27,712 bases of DNA. It comes from Promethearchaeota archaeon. GTDB taxonomy: Archaea > Asgardarchaeota > Lokiarchaeia > Sigyniarchaeales > SOKP01. Positions 10,163 to 18,806 of the stretch are shown here, piece by piece. The stretch spans positions 1 to 27,712 of the forward strand of contig JAEOTZ010000007.1 in the NCBI GenBank assembly GCA_016839585.1, read 5' to 3'. The notes below the pieces were generated by a model. The model did not search any database, was not told where the DNA came from, and saw only the letters and a program-made list of their open reading frames with translations. The stretch's first letter is position 1. Each line of letters starts with the position of its first letter. The translations under genes were made by a program, and so were the position numbers.

Positions 10163-11449
10163 CTAGATTTTAATATTATTAATATTTGAGCTAATTTCAT
10201 TAATTAAACTCGGATCATCATAATTTATTCTTCTAATGCTTGAAAAGCTCCAAATTAAAATAGTTGTTGAGATCATTAAAAGAGCACTGTATAATAATAG
10301 ATTAGCATTTCCTATTAGAGTTGCTAAGGGTCCTGTTAAAATAGTCGCAATTGGTGATATCGACATAGATAAAGTGTGATCTATTGATGTAACTCTGCCG
10401 ATTTTATCTTTGGGCACAGTAGTTTGTATCCATGTTTGATATAAAGAATTTATAATTGGAAGCATTATACCCAGTACAAAGCCGCCTATACCGATTATAA
10501 AAAATGCACCTGTTGGAGCTATAGAAAATATTACATAACCTATTCCAGCAACTACTATACCAAGAAAAATAATCCTCATTCTATTTGACCATTTTTTTTT
10601 AAATGAGGCTACCAGAGCACCAATGATCATACCTCCTTGAAAAGAAATCATAGTTAAAGCAAAAATTAATTTAGTTCCTCCATGATCTATTAGAATATAA
10701 AGTGACATTAAAGTATCTAATGGTCTTATTAGAAAATTTACAAACATACCTAAAATTATCATTGCTGTTAATCCAGGGATCAATTTTACTGTTTTATAAC
10801 CCATTTTAAATTCTTTAATAAATGAATCTTTTTCTGTAGTTCCAGGATTTTCTACAAGATGTTTCGCTGAAGGAATACTTATTAGCAATAATGGAATCAA
10901 CGCTATGAAAAAAGTAATAACATCTGCCCATAGAAGGTGATTAATCGTTAAAAATACCAATAGAAGTGCTGCTAAAAATTGAGCAGAAAGTTGAACTACT
11001 CCAGTAAATAAATAATTTATTCCATTAATTTTGGTTAATTTTTCTTGCGGAACCATAGCAGGGATGATTGCATTTACCGTAGGTAAATGGAACGCTTGAA
11101 ATACACTCCGTAAGCTAATAAAAATAAGCATCATCCATGTAGTTAAAATATTGAATTGAAATAGAATAATTAGTAAAAATGTAGCAAATGCTTGTAATGA
11201 ATCTACAACAATTATTAAGGTTTTTCGATTTACTCTATCAGCAAATACTCCCGCAATTGGCATACAAATTGTCATGGGGAGTATGTACATAAATGAAGCG
11301 GTCGCCATAAACATAGCACTTCCTGTTTCAAGCGTTAACCATATTGTTATAGCAAAAAATACTATAGTTGATCCAAATAAAGAAAATAATTGTCCTGTCC
11401 AAAAAAAGAGATAATTCCTATAGGTTCTTTTATTTGCTGTATCCTCCAT
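10163..11449 (-). CDS. MFS transporter (DHA3/MefA-like efflux family)
   Basis: 12 TM; GQLFSLFGS, AGVFADRVNRK motif A, QAFHLP, QTTVPKDKIGRV. Confidence 0.9.
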   Translation of the reverse strand: MEDTANKRTYRNYLFFWTGQLFSLFGSTIVFFAITIWLTLETGSAMFMATASFMYILPMTICMPIAGVFADRVNRKTLIIVVDSLQAFATFLLIILFQFNILTTWMMLIFISLRSVFQAFHLPTVNAIIPAMVPQEKLTKINGINYLFTGVVQLSAQFLAALLLVFLTINHLLWADVITFFIALIPLLLISIPSAKHLVENPGTTEKDSFIKEFKMGYKTVKLIPGLTAMIILGMFVNFLIRPLDTLMSLYILIDHGGTKLIFALTMISFQGGMIIGALVASFKKKWSNRMRIIFLGIVVAGIGYVIFSIAPTGAFFIIGIGGFVLGIMLPIINSLYQTWIQTTVPKDKIGRVTSIDHTLSMSISPIATILTGPLATLIGNANLLLYSALLMISTTILIWSFSSIRRINYDDPSLINEISSNINNIKI

Positions 11450-11461
11450 TTTTTACATCTA

Positions 11462-12724
11462 CTAGTCGATTATTTCTGGCACAATTGGTTCTATATGTAT
11501 ACTGTAATCTATGTGTCGAATGCTTGTAAAGAAATATAAAGAGAGAGAAAATATAATCATAGTAATAGCGCAAATTAAGAATAAAAGTTGTATTCCAATT
11601 AATTCAGCGATAGGTCCTGCTATCACTGATCCTAAAGGAGAAATTATCATCGAAAGAGTAGTATCTATAGATATCACTCTTCCAAGCTTATCCTGAGGTA
11701 CTTTTGTTTGTAAGATTGTTGAGTATAGTATGTTTATGAATGGAACAACAAGTCCTACTGTCAATAGAGTAATTCCTATTAAAATGAAAAATCCTTTTGG
11801 GATCAATGCTAAGATTGCATACCCCACACCTGCAAACGCGAGCACATAAAACATTATAGGGATCTTATGCTTCCATTCTTTTTTGAGCGATGTTATTATC
11901 GCACCACCTATCATTCCCACTTGAAGAAAGATTAGAACTAATGCATATTCAAACTCTAAGCCTCCATGTATAGTATTAACGTAATAGGGCATTAGAGTAC
12001 CTAAGGGTTGGGTGAGAAAGTTGACAAATATCGACATAATTAGAAGAATTACCAAACCTGGCACTGCTTTTAATGCTACAAATCCAATTTTGAAATCCTT
12101 AATGAAACCATTCTTTTCTTTTTGATCTGAATGATCTCTTACGAAGGGAATCTTTATTATTATTAAAGGAATTAAAGCAATGAGGAATGTGATTACGTCA
12201 ACCCATAAAATTTGATCTATTGTGAAAAATTGCCATAAAAATGCTCCAAGTGCTGGACCAATGAGTTGTACAAGAGCTATAAATAAAAAATTAACGCTAT
12301 TTATTCTACTGATTTTATCTTTTGGAACCATTGTCGGGGTAATTGATGCTACAGCAGGTTGATGAAAAGCTTGAAAAATACTTCTTAAGCCTATAAAGAG
12401 AAAGATAAGCCATATACTCGTTACATCGAATATGAAAAAGATAATAAGAATAAGGGTAGCATATGCTTGTAATGAATCCACAACTAGGATAATATTTTTT
12501 CGCTTTAACTTATCTGTTAACACTCCGGCAATCGGCATAAATAATAACATAGGCAAAAAGTAAAAGAATTGCCCCAAAGAAAGAACTGTTGGACTCTCTG
12601 TTTTAACCTGTAACCACCATATAATTACAAAATGAACAACCATTGAACCTAACAAAGAAAATAACTGACCTACCCAAAAAAAGATAAATTCTTTGAAGGT
12701 TTTATCTGTCGGTATAACTTCCAT
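11462..12724 (-). CDS. MFS transporter (DHA3/MefA-like efflux family), paralog of neighbour
   Basis: GQLFSLLGS, AGVLTDKLKRK, QAFHQP, QTKVPQDKLGRV. Confidence 0.9.
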   Translation of the reverse strand: MEVIPTDKTFKEFIFFWVGQLFSLLGSMVVHFVIIWWLQVKTESPTVLSLGQFFYFLPMLLFMPIAGVLTDKLKRKNIILVVDSLQAYATLILIIFFIFDVTSIWLIFLFIGLRSIFQAFHQPAVASITPTMVPKDKISRINSVNFLFIALVQLIGPALGAFLWQFFTIDQILWVDVITFLIALIPLIIIKIPFVRDHSDQKEKNGFIKDFKIGFVALKAVPGLVILLIMSIFVNFLTQPLGTLMPYYVNTIHGGLEFEYALVLIFLQVGMIGGAIITSLKKEWKHKIPIMFYVLAFAGVGYAILALIPKGFFILIGITLLTVGLVVPFINILYSTILQTKVPQDKLGRVISIDTTLSMIISPLGSVIAGPIAELIGIQLLFLICAITMIIFSLSLYFFTSIRHIDYSIHIEPIVPEIID

Positions 12725-12784
12725 TTTTTATCCCCTAATTTCCTAATTATTTTTTGTTTCTATATTTTTTTTATTAATGAAAGT

Positions 12785-13660
12785 TTACATTTTATCAATT
12801 ATTTCAAAAAGCTTAGAAAGAACCACTTCAGGATCGCCCGTAAATTTGAATACTCCTTCCTCCAGATCTCCCTCAATACCTTCCGCTGCTAATTCATAAA
12901 TTAAATTCTCCGCATCTTCATTAGTTATATTTAATGCTTGAGCAAGTTTTTCAATTGGTAATGTTTTTTGAAGCTTGATTAATCCCTTGATACGCATTTT
13001 AATTCGTTCCTTATCGACTTCTTTAGATTCTTTAATTTTCATTAAAACCTTTCCTTTACCTTTTTTAATGCCTCGCTCAATTTTTTCTTCTAATTCCTCC
13101 AATCCAGATTCCTTTACAGCTTTTTCAATACTTTTACCTAGATTTTCTAACTTACCAATATCCCCTATATTATTTTTGACAAATTTCATTGATTTTCGAA
13201 CCAACTCTGAAACTGAAGATCCTAAATTATCTGCCCAATCTCTCCATTCATTACTCATCTCAGGATCGACTGAAATGTTTATTCGCTTTACGTTTTCCCT
13301 TGCTTTCTTCTTTGCCTTTTCTAACTTTTTTATTACTTTGTTTTCATATTTTTCTTCAAGCTTGGCAACTTTATCTTTTAAACTTTCAATGTACGTTCTT
13401 GTATATTCGATCTGTTCACTAGTGTTTTCTCCTAATCCTTCGATTTGTTCCTTTATTCCTTCTATTTCTTCTAATAATGATTTTCTTTCCTCTTTAATAT
13501 CTTCTAATTCATCGCTCACTTCTTCTTTTATATCTTCAGCTTCCACTTTTATATCCTCCATAGAATCCTTAAGATCTTCATTTAAGTCTTCCAATTCTTC
13601 CATAAGTTCCCGCTGGATCTTATATAATTCCGCTCTTATTTTTTCTTTTTCATTTGACAT
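12785..13660 (-). CDS. Putative regulator: acidic coiled coil, ribbon-helix-helix domain and C-terminal PCI-like winged helix
   Basis: N-terminal EDIKEE-type helical repeats; RINISVDPEMSNEWRDWADNLGSSVSELVRKSM fits the RHH/CopG pattern; LPIEKLAQALNITNEDAENLIYELAAEGIEGDL fits PCI/wHTH; GGTGG SD. Confidence 0.7.
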   Translation of the reverse strand: MSNEKEKIRAELYKIQRELMEELEDLNEDLKDSMEDIKVEAEDIKEEVSDELEDIKEERKSLLEEIEGIKEQIEGLGENTSEQIEYTRTYIESLKDKVAKLEEKYENKVIKKLEKAKKKARENVKRINISVDPEMSNEWRDWADNLGSSVSELVRKSMKFVKNNIGDIGKLENLGKSIEKAVKESGLEELEEKIERGIKKGKGKVLMKIKESKEVDKERIKMRIKGLIKLQKTLPIEKLAQALNITNEDAENLIYELAAEGIEGDLEEGVFKFTGDPEVVLSKLFEIIDKM

Positions 13661-13713
13661 AATACCACCTACTAATTTTTTTTAAATTTGATTAGGTTTT
13701 GATTTTTTTAATT

Positions 13714-13765
13714 TTTTTTTTCATAAACTTGATTGGTAAACTTGATTTAAATTATTGAAAAAAAA
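13714..13765 (-). repeat. Hairpin element copy 2 (10-bp A/U-rich stem, loop with two AAUCAAGUUUA copies)
   Basis: TTTTTTTTCA (13714-13723) pairs with TGAAAAAAAA (13756-13765); TAAACTTGATT at 13724-13734 and 13737-13747. Confidence 0.55.
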
Positions 13766-13775
13766 TGTGAGTTAA

Positions 13776-13865
13776 TTAGTAGATTATAATAGACCTATTC
13801 AGTCTGGAATCTACTTTACTCTTCACTTCAAAAATATCCTTTTCTATATCATTAGCAATTTTCAT
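13776..13865 (-). CDS. Small peptide B, 29 aa (MKIANDIEKDIFEVKSKVDSRLNRSIIIY), not in ORF track
   Basis: GGAGGT SD (13879-13874) 8 nt upstream of ATG; ungapped similarity to peptide A. Confidence 0.7.
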   Translation of the reverse strand: MKIANDIEKDIFEVKSKVDSRLNRSIIIY

Positions 13866-13950
13866 TTTTTTTTACCTCCATGTTTTTTTTAAGTTTTGTT
13901 TGGTTTTTTGGTAAATTTTAATTTCTAATTGATTGTTTTATTTTTCTTAT

Positions 13951-13984
13951 TTTTTTTTATGAACTTGATTTACAATAAAAAAAA
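13951..13984 (-). repeat. Hairpin element copy 1 (10-bp A/U-rich stem, loop with AAAUCAAGUUC)
   Basis: TTTTTTTTAT (13951-13960) pairs with ATAAAAAAAA (13975-13984); loop GAACTTGATTTACA. Confidence 0.55.
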
Positions 13985-13998
13985 TAGATTAATTATTA

Positions 13999-14064
13999 TT
14001 AGAAAACTCTCGGAAGATACAAAACTTTTCTATCTAATTCGACCTTCAATTCCTCATAATCCAT
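13999..14064 (-). CDS. Small peptide A, 21 aa (MDYEELKVELDRKVLYLPRVF), not in ORF track
   Basis: AAAGGAGGT SD 7 nt upstream of ATG; triple TAA stop; similarity to peptide B. Confidence 0.7.
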   Translation of the reverse strand: MDYEELKVELDRKVLYLPRVF

Positions 14065-14120
14065 TTTTTTAACCTCCTTTTTTATTTTTTTGTTTTTATT
14101 TTTTTTTTTAATTAAAAAAT

Positions 14121-14268
14121 ATACACACTAGTATTTAAATGTTGTGTTATTGATGTGTATCCTTTTATTAAATTCTTTGTGAAAGCAAAGATTAGGAGGC
14201 TTCATAATAAATTTTATTAGTGTGTAGCGAACTATATATGCATTTTTTTTAATACATACTGATACACA
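14121..14268 (-). promoter_or_regulatory. Putative promoter (TTTAAATA at 14139-14132) with clustered TACAC(A) inverted-repeat operator sites
   Basis: ATACACA 14121-27 / TGTGTAT 14154-60 flank the TATA-like box; TACACACTA 14122-30 / TAGTGTGTA 14218-26; TGTGTATC 14154-61 / GATACACA 14261-68. Confidence 0.5.
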
Positions 14269-14455
14269 ATATATTTTTAAATTTATTTTTAAAAATTGAG
14301 AAAAGAAGCTTGGAATATAGGTTAAGAAGAAAAATTATAACAGAAAAGAGATAATGGAATCATAAATATCCGAAATCCTTACAAAGCTGTTTTTCTTTCG
14401 ACTAATATTTCTTCACAGACATTATTCCAACCTATTTTTCTTTTAACTATAACTA

Positions 14456-15055
14456 CTAATTCATATTAGTAATTTTAGCATTACAAATAGGACATTTTTT
14501 CCATTCAGGTCTACACATATATTTGCATTGTGGGCATTTGATTAAGGGACGAGATTTAATTTTTTTTCTAAATTTTCTTTCACGAACAAAAGTCTTATAA
14601 TAATTTTGGTTAAGTTTGAAATCCACTAAATCATATATATTTTTGAATATAAATAGAGACCATATGACAATTAATAATAGAAAAACTCCTGTTAAATTTA
14701 AATATAGACTGGAGTTCTCTATTGTAATATCTAAATTTCCAATTTGAGAAGTAAAAATTAAAAATATCATGATAAGGACAGAGTTTAATAAGTTAATTAT
14801 CCCACGTCTTAATGAATATTGTGGAAAGTAATAAAGATAATATCTAAACCCAGTTAAGAGAATACCAATTATGATAGTCCCAATAAACACAATATCATAA
14901 TTCTCTTGGAAATCGCTTAAATATATTTCATTAGGCATAGCCATTTTGAACTGGAAGTAACCGATAATCGGAAGGAGCAGAGTAAGAATGAACGTGAGTA
15001 TTGTGAGAGATATTTGTATTATTTCATTTTTCCGTAGTTTCAAGCTAATTTTCAT
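14456..15055 (-). CDS. Hypothetical 4-TM membrane protein with C-terminal zinc ribbon
   Basis: Four hydrophobic segments, basic linker, CPQC...CPIC; ATG 15055 preferred (avoids overlap with the upstream gene). Confidence 0.75.
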   Translation of the reverse strand: MKISLKLRKNEIIQISLTILTFILTLLLPIIGYFQFKMAMPNEIYLSDFQENYDIVFIGTIIIGILLTGFRYYLYYFPQYSLRRGIINLLNSVLIMIFLIFTSQIGNLDITIENSSLYLNLTGVFLLLIVIWSLFIFKNIYDLVDFKLNQNYYKTFVRERKFRKKIKSRPLIKCPQCKYMCRPEWKKCPICNAKITNMN

Positions 15056-15062
15056 CACCCTA

Positions 15063-15632
15063 TTAACCATATAAATTAATATTATTCTCAATAATTTTGA
15101 AATCAACTAAATTAAAGAAATATTTTGCTCTTAATCTGAGATCAAGGAAGTAGAGGACGAGTTTTGTCTCATCAAAATAATTTAAAAAATCTACGAGTGA
15201 AGGAATATTGAAATTAGTGAAATCACCTTTAAACTGTCCATATATGGAGTACAATGCTCTACACCGCCCAATACTGCCAATTTTTGAAAAAATTAAAGAA
15301 GTTATGTTTACTTGGTCAGATTTATTAATGTAATTTATATTAATCTTAATTTCTAATTCTATTTCGTCTAAATCATATATACCAGAATTTTTTATATAGT
15401 AGGGAATTTCCACCGTCATGTTTTCAGGAGTAAAAATATCTAAATCCATATAAACATAGCCTGCAGGAATATGAATATTTGAAAACAATTGTGATAGATT
15501 TAAGATACAAACAAGACATAAGAGAGACGTGATTTGAGCTCCTAATAAAATCCCGATAGAGAGAATTATGCTTATCTTTCTTGATGTCTTTAAAGCTTTA
15601 AATTTTAAAAATTGTTTTTTAAAAATTGACAT
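15063..15632 (-). CDS. Hypothetical protein with single N-terminal TM and beta-rich extracellular domain
   Basis: Basic N-terminus, TM, then VEIPYYIKNSGIYDLDEIELEI (LEA2/WHy-like appearance); 7 nt from the next gene. Confidence 0.7.
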   Translation of the reverse strand: MSIFKKQFLKFKALKTSRKISIILSIGILLGAQITSLLCLVCILNLSQLFSNIHIPAGYVYMDLDIFTPENMTVEIPYYIKNSGIYDLDEIELEIKININYINKSDQVNITSLIFSKIGSIGRCRALYSIYGQFKGDFTNFNIPSLVDFLNYFDETKLVLYFLDLRLRAKYFFNLVDFKIIENNINLYG

Positions 15633-15678
15633 TGTTTCTCTATTATTAATAATTATTTAAACATGAAATGTCTAAGTT

Positions 15679-16227
15679 TTAATCTACTGTCAAATCTACC
15701 TTATCCTTTATTGCGTCAAGTTCTTCTTGCGGTATAGGATTCCCAAAAAGTAATACTTTACTACCATATAGTGTTTCAATTCCCTTAATGCTGGAAATCT
15801 GGTTGTTAACCAAATCTACTTTTTGTATTTTTTGTTGAGAATTAAATCCCTTTATCTCATTTATTTTATTATTACTAAGATTTAGATGCCATAACTCTGT
15901 TAGATCCTTAATACCTTTAATTTCCTCTATGATATTCCTACTAAGATCTAAAGAACCTAACTTTTTAAGATGGTTTAAGCCTTTAATCTCTGAGATTCTA
16001 TTTGAAGATAAATCCAAATATAATAACTTACTTAGTGATTCAAGTCCTTTAATTTCGGTAATTTTATTCCTTCTTAATTTTAATTCTTCCAAATTTGTAA
16101 ATTTATCTAATTCGTTGATCTCAAGTATTTTATTATCAGATAAATCTAAGAATTCCAAATTTTGAAGATGTCCTAATTCCTTAATTTCAGAGATACTTTT
16201 ACCTCTTACTGTTAAACTTTTTAATTT
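15679..16227 (-). pseudogene. SDS22-like leucine-rich repeat protein, probably 5'-truncated or frameshifted
   Basis: 22-aa LxxLxLxxNxIxEIKGL repeats; the repeat continues upstream of the TTG (KLKSLTVRGKSISEIKELGHLQN) to an in-frame TGA at 16230-16228 with no in-frame start. Confidence 0.6.
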
Positions 16228-16332
16228 TCACTTTATCTTCAGATCATCCCTCTAAATACATTATCAAAGCTAATGATAAAATTTCTTCTTTATAAATCCT
16301 AATAACTTAAAAAGTTTAAAAGAAAATAGGAT

Positions 16333-18087
16333 TTAGGTTTGATATTTTATATCATACTTTTTTTTAATCACTAGGGCAATGGTAACACTTACCACAGTAA
16401 TAATCAACACAAAATTATAACCTGGAATTTCTGGAGAACTTTTTTCTGGTGTTTCGAGTCCCCCATCTATAATTGTCCAAGAAAAGTTGGTAATGATAAA
16501 TTGTCTAGCATCCACAGCCACACTGCTATATTTTGAATTACCTGCATGAAATGTTACACCGAAGTGTAAGGTTAATTGCGACCAACCTAATAATAAATTA
16601 TCATAATTAGATGTCGATAGTTTAACTGCATAGAACATATTATCCATTTCTCTCACACTCGAGATATTCCAATTTCCAAGGGGTTGATTAAATGAAGAAG
16701 CACTATAGAACATATAGTGCATGGATGTTAAACTTGAGACATCCCAATTGCCAATGGGCTGGTTGAATGAAGAAGCCCCAGAGAACATATAACCCATATA
16801 TGTTACGCTCGAGACATCCCAATTACCGATGGGCTGATTAAATGAAGAAGCCCCCCAAAACATCATACCCATATCTGTCACGCTCGAGACATCCCAATTG
16901 CCAATGGGCTGGTTGAATGAAGAAGCCCCAGAGAACATATAACCCATATATATCACGCTCGAGACATCCCAGTTGCTAATGGGTTGATTGAATGAAGAAG
17001 CCCCATCAAACATCCTAGACAGATCTATTATACTCGAGACATCCCAATTGCCAAGGGGCTGGTTGAATAAAGAAGCCCCATAGAACATCCCATAAATGAA
17101 TATCACACTCGAGACATTCCAATTACCAATGGGCTGATTAAATGAAGAAGCCCCCCTAAACATCTCTCTCATATCTACCACGCTCGAGACATCCCAATTG
17201 CCAAGGGGCTGGTTGAATGAAAAAGCCTCATAGAACATCCTAGGCATATTTTCCACGCTCGAGACATCCCAATTACCGATGGGCTGATTAAATGAAGAAG
17301 CCGCCCAAAACATCCCAATCATATCTGTCACGCTCGAGACATCCCAATTGCCAATGGGCTGGTTGAATGAAGAAGCCCCACAAAACATCCCAGACATATC
17401 TGTCACGCTCGAAACGTCCCAGCCATTCATATTACCGCTACTACTAAGATTTTCGCAACCAATAAAGGCCATAGATAAATCAGTCGTTCCTGTTAAATTC
17501 AAATTATCAGTAGCCGTGAGTTTTAAATTGGAGCACCCGTGAAAATAACTCCCTAAATTTCCTAATCGTAGGCAACCCCATTGTTGAATTTCAAGTATCT
17601 TCAGTTGATCTCCGACACTAACACCAAACCGCCAGCCTATGATGGTTCCTGTGATATTGATGGTGTACACTCCTCCGGAAGTATAGGTATGTGTAACGGC
17701 AGCTTGATTCCAGACCGTGATCGTATCATTGCTCCCGTCTCCCCAATTCACTATGAAATTATATGTTCCGCTCGATTGCAATGGTAAGTGTATTTGATTG
17801 CTATTGGTTGAACCTGGTTTAGTCGTGTTCCAGACTGAAATAAACTCGTTTGGATCTGATGCAACTAGATTTTTACCACTAGAACCAAAACTTGTCTCCC
17901 TCGTTTCCCAATGCGACGTAAAATCGTTCGGATCTGATGTGGTAGGTGCTAAAAAATCCATACCGGTGAACGTTTGCTTTTGTCCATAAAGTGGGGACGT
18001 AAAGGTCGAAATGTTTACCAATACTAAAGATAATACTACAAAAACTGCAGTTAACTTTACTGCTTTATTTTTTATCAATCTAATCAC
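16333..18087 (-). CDS. BspA-like/DUF285 repeat surface protein with PKD-like domain and Loki-CTERM-like anchor
   Basis: Signal peptide; VNWGDG...HTY PKD-like motif; ~11 25-aa [16 protein letters not shown] repeats; C-terminal EIPGY + TM + KKK. Confidence 0.88.
   Translation of the reverse strand: MIRLIKNKAVKLTAVFVVLSLVLVNISTFTSPLYGQKQTFTGMDFLAPTTSDPNDFTSHWETRETSFGSSGKNLVASDPNEFISVWNTTKPGSTNSNQIHLPLQSSGTYNFIVNWGDGSNDTITVWNQAAVTHTYTSGGVYTINITGTIIGWRFGVSVGDQLKILEIQQWGCLRLGNLGSYFHGCSNLKLTATDNLNLTGTTDLSMAFIGCENLSSSGNMNGWDVSSVTDMSGMFCGASSFNQPIGNWDVSSVTDMIGMFWAASSFNQPIGNWDVSSVENMPRMFYEAFSFNQPLGNWDVSSVVDMREMFRGASSFNQPIGNWNVSSVIFIYGMFYGASLFNQPLGNWDVSSIIDLSRMFDGASSFNQPISNWDVSSVIYMGYMFSGASSFNQPIGNWDVSSVTDMGMMFWGASSFNQPIGNWDVSSVTYMGYMFSGASSFNQPIGNWDVSSLTSMHYMFYSASSFNQPLGNWNISSVREMDNMFYAVKLSTSNYDNLLLGWSQLTLHFGVTFHAGNSKYSSVAVDARQFIITNFSWTIIDGGLETPEKSSPEIPGYNFVLIITVVSVTIALVIKKKYDIKYQT
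16631..17425. repeat. 75-bp coding tandem repeat (~10.5 units) with alternating A/B unit types
   Basis: CTCGAGACATCCCAATT and AATGAAGAAGCCC recur every 75 bp; GGTTGAAT and GATTAAAT variants alternate. Confidence 0.9.
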
Positions 18088-18105
18088 ACTAACTTATTAA
18101 CTTTT

Positions 18106-18174
18106 TAACATTTAAGGAGATTTCGTAAGTTATGTTATACTTTTACGTCTATAACATTTAAATGTTTCGTAAGT
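18106..18174 (-). promoter_or_regulatory. Direct repeats and palindrome upstream of the surface-protein gene
   Basis: TAACATTTAA-N5/N3-TTTCGTAAGT twice (18106-18130, 18152-18174); perfect palindrome AACATTTAAATGTT at 18153-18166. Confidence 0.45.
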
Positions 18175-18363
18175 CGCGAAGTACATTAAATACTCTAGAA
18201 AAATATTGTGGGACGTTGATCAATGAAGTAGGGCATTGTCTTAATACTGGTATCCATATATAATCTATATTAAATAAGAGTAGAAATGTATTTAGTAGAA
18301 TAGAAGCTCATATTTAGTATTTTAGCCTTTAGTATAAGATCTCTTGAATTAGATAATTTACTC

Positions 18364-18711
18364 TTATTCAGCAGGTTCTTTAAAGACGATTGTAGTAAAG
18401 AATTCAATCATAATACCGAAAAGACCGTTGATAATTAAGACACCTAACGCAATTGATAAATCAACTTCCATTAGATCAAACAGAAAGAAAGGTAAACCAA
18501 CAATTTCTCCTAGCAATAAGCCATGGAGAACCCATTTCATTCGTAATGCTGAAATACCTATCACAAAGCCTATTAATGTTCTATTCACAATGATAAAGAT
18601 TAGCCTTAAAGCGTCAATTTCTAAATTTAATGAAATTGCACCTATTAAGCATATGATACCAGCAACAATTCCGAAAGTTGTCGCTACAATAATTCTTTTT
18701 GGATTAACCAT
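18364..18711 (-). CDS. Hypothetical small 4-TM membrane protein
   Basis: 115 aa, four hydrophobic segments, GIIC, NRTLIGFVIGIS and HGLLLG motifs. Confidence 0.75.
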   Translation of the reverse strand: MVNPKRIIVATTFGIVAGIICLIGAISLNLEIDALRLIFIIVNRTLIGFVIGISALRMKWVLHGLLLGEIVGLPFFLFDLMEVDLSIALGVLIINGLFGIMIEFFTTIVFKEPAE

Positions 18712-18806
18712 CTTAAAAAACTCTATATGTACTTAAATTAGTATTTTAGTTATAATATTCATTATACGTCTTATAAATAAAAAAATGATGGTAAAACTTC
18801 TAAAAT

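Noticed and set aside
5136-13685. ORFs 5136-5375, 9070-9297, 11511-11696, 12975-13685, 13189-13422
   Set aside because: Antisense to well-supported genes
14130-14205. Possible third peptide ORF MKPPNLCFHKEFNKRIHINNTTFKY
   Set aside because: No SD, no similarity to peptides A/B, overlaps the putative promoter
16631-17425. Regular repeats as a CRISPR array or DGR target
   Set aside because: In-frame coding repeats; no cas genes or reverse transcriptase in the window, and no template repeat identified
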